64,000 nucleotides of DNA from Pirellulales bacterium (GCA_963716135.1 OY970289.1:2167462-2231461), one strand, 5' to 3'. Positions 41,296-51,794 are shown, numbered from the stretch's first letter. Made by a program: numbers and translations. The notes: generated from the sequence alone by a model not told the origin.

Positions 41296-42698
41296 ATGTC
41301 GTCGCCGCTGTTCGAAAAACTGTACGCCAAGCTGCCGGTGGCCCTGCAGAATGCCGCCTGTTCGCTGGAAGGATGGCGGATTCAACGGAGCCGCTATTCG
41401 CCGGAATTCCATCAGTTGCTGGCGGAATATGAGGAGCGCAATGCGTATTCCGCGGCGCAAATGCAGGAATTCCGTGACGCGCGCGTTCGAGCCATGGTGC
41501 AGCACTGCGATCGAACCGTGCCCTACTATCGCCGCGTGTTCGCCGAATGTGGATTCCGCGCGGATCGCTGCCAAGGGCTGAACGATCTGGCGCAGCTTCC
41601 GGTGCTGACCAAGCAAATCGTGCAAGAGCACACCGGGGAATTGACGTCGGAGGCGGTGGACCGGAAGCAGTGCGTGATTACGCACACCAGCGGTACGACC
41701 GGCGCGGGGCTGCGCTTTCCGGTGACCAAGCGCGCCGCACAGGAATCGTGGGCGGTGTGGTGGCGTTACCGCAGGTGGCACGGTCTTGATCTGAACACCT
41801 GGTGCGGTTACTTCGGCGGGCGGACGTTGGTGCCGCCCGAGCAAATTCGGCCGCCGTTTTGGCGCGTGAATCGGCCCGGGCGACAGGTGATGTTCAGCGG
41901 ATATCATTTGTCGGCGGCGAATTTGCCGGCCTACATCGAAGAGCTGAATCGGCGGCGGCTGCCGTGGCTGCACGGGTATCCTTCGCTGTTGTCGCTGTTG
42001 GCGGGCCATTTGCTCGAGTCGGGGCGGCGGCTGGATTATCAGCCGCGGTGGGTCACCGTCGGCGCGGAGAACCTGTTGTCGCGGCAGGCGCAGTTGATCG
42101 AACAGGCATTTGGGGTGCGCTGCCTGCAGCACTACGGAATGACCGAAGCGGTGGCCAACATATCGCAATACACCGACGGCAATTTATACGTGGACGAGGA
42201 CTTCGCGGCGGTCGAGTTTTTGCCGAACGACGCGGGCAGTTTTTCCGTGGTCGGGACGAATCTGTCGAATCTTGCGTTTCCTCTGTTGCGTTACCAGGTT
42301 GGCGACGACGTGCAGTTGCCCGAAGTCGGGGCGGATTTTGGGGGCGCATTTCCAGGTCGGCGCGTGGCGAGCATCGACGGCCGCAAGGAAGATTACGTGG
42401 TGCTGCGCAATGGGGCTCGGGTGGGGCGGATGGATCACATCTTCAAAGACATGGTGACGGTGCGCGAGGCGCAGATCGTACAGAACGAGCCCGGGCGCTG
42501 ATCGTGCGGCTGGTGCGATCGCGGCAATACACGGATGCCGACGAGGTGCGCTTGCGGAGCGAATTTGCCAGCCGCCTGGGGCAGGATGCGCATCTGGAAT
42601 TTGAGTACGTCGAATCGATTCCGAAAACGGCTTCGGGAAAGGTGCGGTTTGTGGTGTCGACGCTGGAGGAGGGCCGGCTGGCGGGGACCACCGGGTGA
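41296..42698 (+). CDS. phenylacetate-CoA ligase family adenylating enzyme (CapK / F390-synthetase-like); frame broken once
   Basis: ORF 41296-42501(+) carries ...CVITHTSGTTGAGLRFPVT...LHGYPSLLSLLA...VTVGAENLL...HYGMTEAV... The C-terminus (LIVRLVRSRQYTDADEVRLRSEFASRLGQDAHLEFEYVESIPKTASGKVRFVV) lies in the frame of ORF 41802-42698(+). The break is at the G-run 42493-42495. Confidence 0.75.
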
Positions 42699-43101
42699 CG
42701 CCTTGTAACCCTTTACGTTGCATTGGGTTCAGAAGCGGCGGCTGGGCCGGGGGTGGTTTGACAAGGGGGGGAACAAGATTACACTGAAAGTTTGGGTCTC
42801 TCGGAATGGGAGCGTCGCTCCGGTCGCTGGGACCCGGCGCCATCGCAGTCTGCCCCCCGGGGTTCGCCACGGCGAGTTGCTAAATCCACCCTTGGGTAAG
42901 GGAGCAGATTTTGAAACCTCTTCCAGCGAAGAGGAAAGTACGATTCGCAAATGGTCGCTGGAAATGTGTATGGGTTGGCCGGAACGCGGCGAAATACGGC
43001 TAAAAATGTCGCGACCGTCAACCCACGGGAACGGAGTGCGCGCCGGCAGGGGGGACGAGAACATCCGCGATTTTCAAACGATTATCCAATAAGTTAACAG
43101 C

Positions 43102-44322
43102 ATGACATCCGCCACCAAGACGACTTCTTCTTCGCAATCGCCGGCCATCCTCGGCGGGCGACCCACGTTTGAGAAATTGCTGCCGATCGTTCGTCCCACC
43201 TTGCCAAAGTTCGAAGAACTGCGCGAGGAATTGGCCGAAGTGGTCACCAGCGGCATGGTCACCCGGGGGCGGCAGCTGCAAATGTTCGAGCAAGCGGCCG
43301 CGGAGCATCTGAAAGTGAAGCATGCCGTCGCGGTTTCGAGTTGCACGTGCGGGTTGATGTTGGTGTATCAGGGGCTGGGATTGAGGGGGGAGATCATCGC
43401 TCCCAGCTTCACGTTCATGGCCACGATCAGTTCGGCGGTATGGGCGGGACTGAAGCCGGTGCTGGTCGACGTCGATCGCCGAACTCACAACATCGATCCG
43501 GCAGCGATTGAAGCTGCGATTACGCCGGCCACGACGGGGATTGTGGCGGTGCATAACTTCGGCAATCCGGCCGATATCGGCGCGCTGGAGAAAATTGCCC
43601 GGCAGCACAAGTTGAAATTGGTGTTCGATGCGGCGCATGGATTTGGGGCGCGCTATCAAGGCATGCCGGTGGGCTCTCAAGGGGATGCGCAGGTTTACAG
43701 CCTCAGCCCCACGAAGCTGGTGGTTGCCGGCGAGGGGGGCATTGTGGCCACCAACTCCGATGAACTGGCGGAAAAGATCCGGCGCGGCCGCGAATACGGC
43801 ATGGGCAACGGCTACGACAGCTTGTTTGCCGGCATCAACTCGCGAATGAGCGAGTTTCACGCCTGCTTGGGGCGGCACAGCCTGGCGATGCTGGAGGGGC
43901 ACGTCGAGCGTCGGCAAGAAATTGTGGCGATGTACCGACAAGAATTGGGCCAGCTTCCAGGAATTGAATTTCAAGAAGTGTCGCCGGGCAACCGCGCGTC
44001 GTACAAGGATTTTTCGATCACGATCGATGCCGCGAAATTCGGGATGTCGCGCGATGAATTCGCGCAGGCGCTGGCCGCCGACAACATCGATTCGCGCAAA
44101 TACTACGATCCTCCGGTGCACCGCCAAACCGCGTATCGGCAATTTGCACCGCCGGAAGATCGGTTGCCCGTGACTAATTGGCTTTCGCAGGCGAGCTTGA
44201 GCCTGCCGGTTTGGTCGCACATGGGGGACGAAATCGTCCAGCAAGTCTGCCGTGCATGCAGGCGGATTCATGAGGCGGCCGGCGACGTTCGATCCCAGCT
44301 TGCGGCGGGAAAAAAGAAATAA
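43102..44322 (+). CDS. DegT/DnrJ/EryC1/StrS-family PLP-dependent sugar aminotransferase
   Basis: ORF 43102-44322(+), 406 aa. ...RPTLPKFEELREELAEVVTSGMVTRGRQLQMFEQAAAEHLKVKHAVAVSSCTCGL...HNFGNPADI...FDAAHGFG...YSLSPTKLVVAGEGG (Lys in the SxxK context). Confidence 0.85.
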   Translation: MTSATKTTSSSQSPAILGGRPTFEKLLPIVRPTLPKFEELREELAEVVTSGMVTRGRQLQMFEQAAAEHLKVKHAVAVSSCTCGLMLVYQGLGLRGEIIAPSFTFMATISSAVWAGLKPVLVDVDRRTHNIDPAAIEAAITPATTGIVAVHNFGNPADIGALEKIARQHKLKLVFDAAHGFGARYQGMPVGSQGDAQVYSLSPTKLVVAGEGGIVATNSDELAEKIRRGREYGMGNGYDSLFAGINSRMSEFHACLGRHSLAMLEGHVERRQEIVAMYRQELGQLPGIEFQEVSPGNRASYKDFSITIDAAKFGMSRDEFAQALAADNIDSRKYYDPPVHRQTAYRQFAPPEDRLPVTNWLSQASLSLPVWSHMGDEIVQQVCRACRRIHEAAGDVRSQLAAGKKK

Positions 44323-44516
44323 ACACCGATTTCCATCTTAATGTTCCCAATCAGCGGCGACGGCGGGTCCCAAATCCTTGAAAAAGCAAAACTTTCGGGG
44401 ATAATGGCGATTAGGCCGGCAGACTTCTACTTTTGGACCGTCCCGGTCCGGCGAATTCGCATCCACGGAGACGTGCAACTTTGAATCCAGCCCGTAATTA
44501 TCGGGTCACGCCCGGC

Positions 44517-46022
44517 ATGGCGCTGCGGATGTTTGCCGACGCGCTGATGTTGCAGTTGTCGCTGTTGTCGGCGCTGGTGCTGACGCTGTTCGGCGATTTG
44601 CTGTTCAATCCGGAGCTGCCGCACAAATCGCTTTCGGACATGTTTTGGTCGACGCTGAGCATGTACGGCAATTCGGCGTGGCCGTTGACGCTCATCGGCC
44701 TGGCAATCTTTCAGCTCAGCGGCTTTTACACGTATGGCCGCTTCTATCAGGGACGTTACAAGGCGCTGATCGTTTTTCAGGCGGTCTGCCAGAGCTATTT
44801 GATCTTCGGATTCGTCGTGTATTTTCTGCGCGGCGATTTGCCGCTGCCGCGCCGCACGTTGATTATGTCGTGGGTGTTCAGCGTGGTGCTGTTGGTCGGA
44901 TCGCGGTTATGGCAGGTGCTGTGGAAGAATTTGGTCGATCCGGAGCGGCCGCGCCTGACCGGCCAAAAAGGACGCGGAAAGAACGTGCTGGTGATCGGCG
45001 GGGCCGGTTACATCGGCTCGGCGCTGCTGCCTAAGCTGCTGGATTCCGGCTATCGAGTGCGCTTGCTCGATCTGCTGATGTACGATACGGATCCGATCAA
45101 CCAGGTGCTGACACATCCGAACCTGGAAGTGGTGCAGGGAGATTTCCGCCACGTCGGGAAGATCGTGGAAGTGATGCAGGGCATGGATGCGGTCGTGCAC
45201 CTGGGGGCGATCGTGGGGGATCCGGCTTGCGAGCTGGATCGCGAATTGACGACCGAAGTCAATCTTTCCGCCACGCGGATGGTGGCCGAAGTGGCCAAGC
45301 TATGCAGCGTGGAGCGATTTGTGTTCGCCAGCACGTGCTCGGTGTACGGGGCGTGCGACGAGATGCTGGACGAGCGGTCGCGCACCAAACCGATCTCGCA
45401 CTATGGCAACACCAAATTGGCGGCGGAGCGAGTGCTGTTGTCGATGAACGACAACCGTTTTTCGCCGACGATCCTGCGCTTCGCGACGATCTACGGCCTT
45501 TCCGGCCGGACGCGGTTCGATCTGGTGGTCAACTTGCTGACGGCCAAGGCGAAAATCGAGGGCAAGATAACAGTTCACGGCGGCAATCAATGGCGGCCGT
45601 TCGTGCACGTTGACGACGCCGCCTTGGCCATTGCTCGGGCGCTGGATGCCCCCGTGGAACTGGTGGGCAACGAAGTGTTCAACGTCGGCTCGGATGAGCA
45701 GAACTACACGATCAAGCAAGTGGGAGAAATCGTTCACCAACGCGTGCCCAGCGCGGAGTTGCTGGTTAGCGAGGGGGATACCGATCGGCGCAATTACCGC
45801 GTGAGTTTCTCCAAGATTCGGAATCAACTGGATTTCGCCCCGCAATGGACGGTGGAAAAGGGGATCGAGCAGGTGCTGGAAGCGATCGCTCGGGGCGACA
45901 TCGTCGACTACCGCGAAGCGAAGTACAGCAACGTGAAATTCCTCAGTGCCGAAGGGACGCAGCGGCTGAGCCGGGCGACGTGGGCACATAAATTGCTCGA
46001 CGAAATTACCACAGGCTCGTAG
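44517..46022 (+). CDS. membrane-anchored NAD-dependent sugar epimerase/dehydratase (SDR; N-terminal TM region as in CapD/PglF-type proteins)
   Basis: ORF 44433-46022(+), ATG at 44517. About 4 TM helices are followed by VLVIGGAGYIGSALLPKLLDSGYRVRLLDLL (GxxGxxG) and the catalytic YGNTKLAAE (YxxxK). Confidence 0.8.
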   Translation: MALRMFADALMLQLSLLSALVLTLFGDLLFNPELPHKSLSDMFWSTLSMYGNSAWPLTLIGLAIFQLSGFYTYGRFYQGRYKALIVFQAVCQSYLIFGFVVYFLRGDLPLPRRTLIMSWVFSVVLLVGSRLWQVLWKNLVDPERPRLTGQKGRGKNVLVIGGAGYIGSALLPKLLDSGYRVRLLDLLMYDTDPINQVLTHPNLEVVQGDFRHVGKIVEVMQGMDAVVHLGAIVGDPACELDRELTTEVNLSATRMVAEVAKLCSVERFVFASTCSVYGACDEMLDERSRTKPISHYGNTKLAAERVLLSMNDNRFSPTILRFATIYGLSGRTRFDLVVNLLTAKAKIEGKITVHGGNQWRPFVHVDDAALAIARALDAPVELVGNEVFNVGSDEQNYTIKQVGEIVHQRVPSAELLVSEGDTDRRNYRVSFSKIRNQLDFAPQWTVEKGIEQVLEAIARGDIVDYREAKYSNVKFLSAEGTQRLSRATWAHKLLDEITTGS

Positions 46023-46106
46023 TGGTTTGGACGGCCGAGTTCGTCTCATCTTCAAGCAGCGCAAGGTCAATGGGTTGGACTTGTTCGCGCACCGGCCGAT
46101 AGCAGA

Positions 46107-48320
46107 ATGAATCGAATCAAAACAGCGTATTTGATGCTGCGGCAGTTCGGGCCGCGGATTGTTCGTTTGCGAGCGGGCGTGTATCTGTCGAAAGCGCTGG
46201 GGCTGACGCGCCGGCGATTTCCGGCACGTTCGTGGGATTCGATTCGGCTGGAAGAAATTTGCAATTCGGGCACGCCGTGCGAGGCGGGGGCGTATGCCGA
46301 GTTCAAGCGGCGCAACGCTTCGGAGTTTCTTTTTCCGTTGGGCAAGCCGCCGCTTGTGCCGGAGGCCATTCGCAACGCTGGGCAACAGCGGCAGCCGGCA
46401 TTGGCGGAGCGATTGAAGCTAATCGAAGAAAACCGGAGCGTGTATTGCTTTCGCACCGTGGCGCCGGAGCGGGTCGATTGGAACAGCAATCCGCTGGACG
46501 GCATGCACATCGACGGGAGCCGGACGTGGTGCGAGATTCCTGATGTTGCGCCCGGCCAGAAAGACATTCGGCTGTTTTGGGATCCGGCGCAGGGCGCGTG
46601 GGCGATCGATTTGGCACGTGCAGGCGGCCACGGGAAGTCGGTGGATGCCGGTTCGTTGTACTGGCGATGGGTCGATTCGTGGATGGAGGCCTGTCCGCCG
46701 TGGCGAGGAGCGAATTGGAAATGTGGCCAGGAAGCCACCGTGCGGTTGATCGCGCTGGCCATTGGGTTTTGGGCCGTGGCCGACGATCCGGCCACGACCG
46801 ACGAGCGCTTTGTGCAATTTGCCCGGCTGGCGTGGGCCACGGGATATCGCATTGAGAAGCATTTCGAATACGCCCGGTCGCAGAAAAACAATCATGCACT
46901 TTCCGAAGCGTGCGGGCTGATGTTGGTGGGCCATTTGTTTCCGGAGTTTCGCGAGTCGGCGCGATGGTTCGAACGAGGCAGAGCGGTTTTCTGCGACGAG
47001 CTGGCGCGGCAAGTTTATGCCGACGGGAGCTATGTGCAACATTCGATGAATTATCATCGCGTGCTGCTGCAGATGGCGGTGCTGGCGGCACGGTTGGCCG
47101 AATGGCACGGCGAGCCGTTTGATGCGGCGACGATGGAGCGAATTGCGGCGGCCGAGGAATTCCTTTTTCAGATGCTCGATGAAACGACTGGGCGGGCGCC
47201 CTTGTACGGGAACAACGACGGGGCTTGGGTGTTGCCGTTGGACGAGTGTGATTTCACCGATTACCGCGGGGCGGTGCAGGCGGCGCATTACCTGGTTAGC
47301 GGCAAGCGGCGGTTTGCGGCCGGGGCGTGGGACGAGGATTTGCTGTGGCTGTTTGGACCGGAGTCGATGGCAGCGCCGCAGGAAGCCGTGGCCCGGCCAC
47401 AATCCAGCCAATTCAACGACGGGGGATACTACACGCTGCGCGGGGGCGAGAGCTGGGGGATGATTCGCTGCCACACGTTCCGCGATCGTCCGGCGCATTA
47501 CGATCAACTGCATTTCGATTTGTGGTATCGCGGACAGAACTTGCTTGGCGACTCAGGCACGTATCAATACAATCCGCCCGAAGGCAAGACGCTGGAAGAT
47601 TATTTCCAGTTGGCGCGGGGACATAACACCATTGAATTGGACGGCAGTTCGCCGGTGGAGCGGGTTTCGCGGTTTTTGTTCTTTCCCTGGCCGCGGGCCA
47701 AGATGCGGCATTTTGAAGCCGATGCCGGCGGCTATCGATACTTCGAGGGAGAAAGTTACGATTACGACGTGCGCCCGTGGCACGTGCTGCATCGGCGGGC
47801 GATTGTCGGGCTATCGGACGACATGTGGCTTGTCGTCGATGATCTGCTTGGCCACGGTCGGCACACCGCCACGCTGCGATGGCATTTGCCGGAGGCGCCG
47901 GTGCGGCTGGACGCGGAAGTCGCCACGATCGCGGTTGAGACGCCGGCGGGCGAATGTTTCCTGACGCTGTCGAGCGCGGACGCGCATTCCTGGAAACGGC
48001 TGGAAATCGTGCAAGGCTTTCGGTCGGATTATTACGGCCAGCGAACGGGGATTCCGCTGGTGGAGGCCGAAGTCGTCGGCGAATTGCCAATGCGACTGGT
48101 GACGCTGGTGGCGGCTGAGGCCCCGGCGATGTGGCGCCGGGAGGCGGCTGGCTCGCAACGCGAAAGTTACGAATTACGGCGTGGCGAGGCAGCCTGGAAA
48201 ATTGAGTTGGCGCCGCGGTTGCGCCAATCGCAGCGGGTTGTCGCAAGCATTCATTCGGGCGCGCCGAGCGGCAAACGGACCGATCGTGGTTCCGCCGCAG
48301 CGGCGTCGGCGATGCAATAA
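46107..48320 (+). CDS. heparinase II/III-family (alginate-lyase-like) protein
   Basis: ORF 46107-48320(+), 737 aa. ...QKNNHALSEACGLMLVGHLF...YADGSYVQHSMNYHRVLLQM...RPAHYDQLHFDLWYRGQNLLGDSGTYQYN... are typical heparinase II/III-like C-terminal motifs. Confidence 0.75.
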   Translation: MNRIKTAYLMLRQFGPRIVRLRAGVYLSKALGLTRRRFPARSWDSIRLEEICNSGTPCEAGAYAEFKRRNASEFLFPLGKPPLVPEAIRNAGQQRQPALAERLKLIEENRSVYCFRTVAPERVDWNSNPLDGMHIDGSRTWCEIPDVAPGQKDIRLFWDPAQGAWAIDLARAGGHGKSVDAGSLYWRWVDSWMEACPPWRGANWKCGQEATVRLIALAIGFWAVADDPATTDERFVQFARLAWATGYRIEKHFEYARSQKNNHALSEACGLMLVGHLFPEFRESARWFERGRAVFCDELARQVYADGSYVQHSMNYHRVLLQMAVLAARLAEWHGEPFDAATMERIAAAEEFLFQMLDETTGRAPLYGNNDGAWVLPLDECDFTDYRGAVQAAHYLVSGKRRFAAGAWDEDLLWLFGPESMAAPQEAVARPQSSQFNDGGYYTLRGGESWGMIRCHTFRDRPAHYDQLHFDLWYRGQNLLGDSGTYQYNPPEGKTLEDYFQLARGHNTIELDGSSPVERVSRFLFFPWPRAKMRHFEADAGGYRYFEGESYDYDVRPWHVLHRRAIVGLSDDMWLVVDDLLGHGRHTATLRWHLPEAPVRLDAEVATIAVETPAGECFLTLSSADAHSWKRLEIVQGFRSDYYGQRTGIPLVEAEVVGELPMRLVTLVAAEAPAMWRREAAGSQRESYELRRGEAAWKIELAPRLRQSQRVVASIHSGAPSGKRTDRGSAAAASAMQ

Positions 48321-48323
48321 CCG

Positions 48324-49637
48324 ATGTACGTATTGTTAATCCATCAAGTATTTGTCTCGCCGGAAGAGCCCGGCGGCACGCGCCACGTGGAACTTATGTC
48401 GCGGGTGGTGCAAGCGGGCCATCGCGCCACGATCGTGGCCAGCAATCTCAGCTACGTGACCGGCGAAGAGTTTGTGAGCGGACGCCATTGGGTGACGGAA
48501 CAGCACGTTCAAGGGATTCGAGTGCTGCGGTCGTACACGTATCCATCGCTGCACCGGAGCTTCACGTGGCGCGCCATTTCATTTTTGAGCTTCATGTTGA
48601 CGGCGGTGTGGGCCGGCTGGAAGGCGGGCAAAGTAGATTTGGTGATGGGCACCTCGCCGCCGCTGTTTCAGACGCTGTCGGCCTGGCTGATCGCCTGCAT
48701 GCGACGGCGACCATTCCTTCTGGAAATCCGCGACTTGTGGCCGGAATTCGGCATCGATTTGGGCATTCTCAAAAACCCGGTGCTGATTTGGATCGCGCGG
48801 CGGGTGGAAATGTTCATCTACCGGCGCGCCACGCACTTTTTGGTCAACTCGCCGGCTTATCGAGATTATCTGATCACCAAGGGCGTGCCGCGCGGGAAAA
48901 TCAGTTTCATCGCCAACGGCGTCGATCCCGCGGCATTTCGACCCGACGTGGATGGCCGAGCATTGCGGACAGAACATGGATTGGAAGAGAAATTCGTTGT
49001 CACTTACGCCGGAGCGCTGGGCATCAGCAACGACCTCGGCACGCTGTTGCACGCCGCCGCAGAATTGCGCGACGAGCACGATATTCATTTCCTGATTGTG
49101 GGCGACGGCAAAGAGCGCAAAAATCTGGATTCGCTTGTCGAACAGCTCAAGCTGTCCAACATCACGTTCACCGGCGCGCTGCCGAAGCGGCGGATGCCGG
49201 AAGTGCTGGCCGCGTCTGACGTGTGCGTGGCAATTTTAAAGAACATCAAGATGTTCACCACGACATACCCCAACAAGGTATTCGACTACATGGCGGCGGG
49301 CCGGCCCACGGTGCTGGCCATCGACGGGGTGATCCGGCAGGTCGTCGAAGCCGCGGAGGGAGGGATTTTTGTCCCGCCGGGGGATTCGCACGGGCTGGCC
49401 GCAGCCATTGGCCGACTGCATGACGATCGCGCGGCAGCACGGACCATGGGACAAAAAGCGCGGCGCTATGTCGAACAGCACTTTAATCGCGATCAACAAG
49501 CCGATCTTTTATGCCGTTTGGTGGAGCGACTGGCCGAGCATGGGCGTGCGGAGGCGGAAGACTCGTCGAACGATCCGCCGACGGCTGGGCGCGTCTCGAT
49601 CAATATCTTTGAGGAAAGTCGCCGCACTTCGGCCTAA
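48324..49637 (+). CDS. family-4 glycosyltransferase (WbuB-like)
   Basis: ORF 48324-49637(+). MYVLLIHQVFVSPEEPGGTRHVELMSRVVQAGHRATIV... and the C-terminal GT-B motif ...LAASDVCVAILKNIKMFTTTYPNKVFDYMAAGRPTVLAIDG.... Confidence 0.8.
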   Translation: MYVLLIHQVFVSPEEPGGTRHVELMSRVVQAGHRATIVASNLSYVTGEEFVSGRHWVTEQHVQGIRVLRSYTYPSLHRSFTWRAISFLSFMLTAVWAGWKAGKVDLVMGTSPPLFQTLSAWLIACMRRRPFLLEIRDLWPEFGIDLGILKNPVLIWIARRVEMFIYRRATHFLVNSPAYRDYLITKGVPRGKISFIANGVDPAAFRPDVDGRALRTEHGLEEKFVVTYAGALGISNDLGTLLHAAAELRDEHDIHFLIVGDGKERKNLDSLVEQLKLSNITFTGALPKRRMPEVLAASDVCVAILKNIKMFTTTYPNKVFDYMAAGRPTVLAIDGVIRQVVEAAEGGIFVPPGDSHGLAAAIGRLHDDRAAARTMGQKARRYVEQHFNRDQQADLLCRLVERLAEHGRAEAEDSSNDPPTAGRVSINIFEESRRTSA

Positions 49638-49656
49638 GCGGCGCACGTGTTGACCA

Positions 49657-50310
49657 ATGTATCGCCGTTTCGTTAAACGATTGCTCGATTTGGCGCTTGT
49701 GATTCCGTCGTTGATCATCCTTGCGCCGGTTATTGCGCTGACGGCGCTGGCGGTCCGCATGGCGATGGGGCGCGGCGTGCTGTATCGGCAAGAGCGCCCC
49801 GGGCTGCACGGCAAGCCGTTCATGTTGTACAAATTTCGCACGATGATCGACGCCTATGACGAACATGGGCAACCGCTTTCGGATGCGGAGCGATTGACGC
49901 CGTTTGGCCGATGGTTGCGAAAGTTGAGCTTGGACGAATTGCCGCAGTTGTGGAACGTGCTGCGTGGCGACATGAGCCTGGTTGGTCCGAGGCCGCTGGT
50001 GATCCGATATTTGCCGCGCTATACGCCGGAGCAATTCCGGCGGCATGATGTTCGGCCGGGCCTGACGGGCTGGACGCAAACCAACGGCCGCAATGCCCTG
50101 TCGTGGGACCAAAAATTTCAGTTCGACGTGTGGTACGTCGATCATGTCAGCCTTTGGCTCGACGTCAAAATCATCGCGCGCACGATCTGGCTAGTGCTGC
50201 GGCGAGCCAACGTGAGCGCGGAAGGGCATGCCACGATGCCGGAATTCATGGGATCCGCCGCGAAAAGCGGATCGTCGGAGCCGGCAAGCTCTTCGGCGCG
50301 AGTGCCTTGA
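49657..50310 (+). CDS. polyprenyl-phosphate sugar-phosphate transferase (small PglC/WbaP-C-terminal-type initiating 'sugar transferase')
   Basis: ORF 49657-50310(+). A re-entrant helix (RLLDLALVIPSLIILAPVIALTALAV) is followed by ...YRQERPGLHGKPFMLYKFRTM...DELPQLWNVLRGDMSLVGPRP.... Confidence 0.85.
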   Translation: MYRRFVKRLLDLALVIPSLIILAPVIALTALAVRMAMGRGVLYRQERPGLHGKPFMLYKFRTMIDAYDEHGQPLSDAERLTPFGRWLRKLSLDELPQLWNVLRGDMSLVGPRPLVIRYLPRYTPEQFRRHDVRPGLTGWTQTNGRNALSWDQKFQFDVWYVDHVSLWLDVKIIARTIWLVLRRANVSAEGHATMPEFMGSAAKSGSSEPASSSARVP

Positions 50311-50427
50311 GTGGGCGACTTTGGTCGTTAAGATTGAATCTGCAGCCACTTGCCGAAGTTTCGGCACAATGACCTTCGCCGCGCTGCCTGTTCCGAACGC
50401 ATTGCAACCTTACGAGTTCATTCCGGG

Positions 50428-51552
50428 ATGGCAAATCTCCAAAAACTGGTAGTGATGGGCGCGGGGGGTCTTGGGTCCGAAGTCGTGTGGGCGGCCGAAA
50501 ATCGGAACGCCAACTCGCCGACCTTCGAGATTCTCGGATATTGCGACGACGATTCGGCGAAAAAAGGGAACACATTCTTTGGGTACCCCGTGCTGGGCAA
50601 TCCGGAGGAAGTCGATGCGATGCTGCCGGAGAAACCGGGTTTCGTGTGCGCTATCGGCAACAACCGGCGGCGCGCGCAGATTGTGCAGCGTTTGATGGCG
50701 TTGAATTGGACGCCGGTGACGGTGGTTGAACCGTCGGCGATTATCGCCAGGGATGTCCGCATCGGATTGGGCACGTATATCGCCGCGGGCAGCACGTTGT
50801 CGCCCAATGCTCAGGTGGGGTCCCATGTAATTTTGAATCTGAATTGCATGATTACTCACGATAACCTCGTGGAAGACTACGTGCAGATTTGTCCAGGCGC
50901 AAGCTTATCGGGCTTCAGCGTAGTTAAGACTGGAGCTGTGGTGGGATCGAACGCCGTCGTGGCGCCATGCGTCAGCATCGGCGAATGGTCCACGCTGGGC
51001 GCGAACTCCTTTGCCGTGGAAAGTGTGCCCGACGGCGCCACTGCGATCGGTATTCCCGCGCGCGTGATGTTTCGCGCCGAACAAAACTTGATGGTCGCCG
51101 TGTTCCAGTTGCATCACATCGGTTACCTGGTCGCCGACATCCCGGGCGCGGCGGATGAATTCGCAGCACGATTCGGGTACGTCGTGGAAAGCCCGGTGAT
51201 CGCCGATCCGGTGCAAACGGCACACGTGCAACTTCTCCGACAGCCGGGGGCCGGGCATTGGCTGGAGTTGATTGCCCCGATTGATTCGGAGAGTAAACTT
51301 TCCAAGGCACTTGAGCGCGGCGGCGGATGGCACCATGTATGTTACGAGGTGCCAAACATGACACAGGCGTGCCAACAGCTGCGCGATCAAGGTTTGCTGC
51401 CGCTGGGCAGCATTCAACCGGCGAAGGCCTTTTCGGGTCGATCGTTGGCTTGGTTCATGGATCGTGCCAAGTTGCTGGTGGAGCTGGTCGAAAGCGGACC
51501 GGGTGATTTTTCGTTGGCCAACCTTGGGGACACAATTCGCACGCAACCATGA
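50428..51552 (+). CDS. NeuD/PglD-type hexapeptide sugar N/O-acyltransferase fused in frame to a VOC (glyoxalase / methylmalonyl-CoA-epimerase-like) domain
   Basis: ORF 50350-51552(+), ATG at 50428. MANLQKLVVMGAGGLGSEVVWAAE...ILGYCDDD... is the NeuD-type Rossmann-like N-terminal domain and is followed by left-handed beta-helix hexapeptide repeats. Then, with no stop, ...VFQLHHIGYLVADIPGAADEFAARFGY...HWLELIAPID...GGGWHHVCYEV... is the VOC fold with its metal-binding His/Glu pattern. Confidence 0.75.
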   Translation: MANLQKLVVMGAGGLGSEVVWAAENRNANSPTFEILGYCDDDSAKKGNTFFGYPVLGNPEEVDAMLPEKPGFVCAIGNNRRRAQIVQRLMALNWTPVTVVEPSAIIARDVRIGLGTYIAAGSTLSPNAQVGSHVILNLNCMITHDNLVEDYVQICPGASLSGFSVVKTGAVVGSNAVVAPCVSIGEWSTLGANSFAVESVPDGATAIGIPARVMFRAEQNLMVAVFQLHHIGYLVADIPGAADEFAARFGYVVESPVIADPVQTAHVQLLRQPGAGHWLELIAPIDSESKLSKALERGGGWHHVCYEVPNMTQACQQLRDQGLLPLGSIQPAKAFSGRSLAWFMDRAKLLVELVESGPGDFSLANLGDTIRTQP

Positions 51553-51794
51553 CGATTCGCCAGAGGCTGCGCAATGTTGTGCTGGGGGTGCTCGACGATC
51601 CGGAGATCGAGTACAGCGACACTCTTTCGCCTGCTAATTGCGCGGCCTGGGATTCGGTCGCCATGGTGCAGATCGCGCTGGCGGTTGAAGCAGAGTTCGA
51701 CGTGCGATTCACCACCAGCGAAATGGCCAAGATGAATTGCGTGGGCGACCTGGTAAAACTGCTGGAAGCGCACGGACTACGCGACGAAGGCTAA
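51549..51794 (+). CDS. acyl carrier protein
   Basis: ORF 51549-51794(+), 81 aa. Its start overlaps the upstream stop (ATGA). ...LSPANCAAWDSVAMVQIALAVEAEFDVRF... has the phosphopantetheine-attachment Ser in a DS motif at the start of helix II. Confidence 0.8.
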   Translation: MTIRQRLRNVVLGVLDDPEIEYSDTLSPANCAAWDSVAMVQIALAVEAEFDVRFTTSEMAKMNCVGDLVKLLEAHGLRDEG

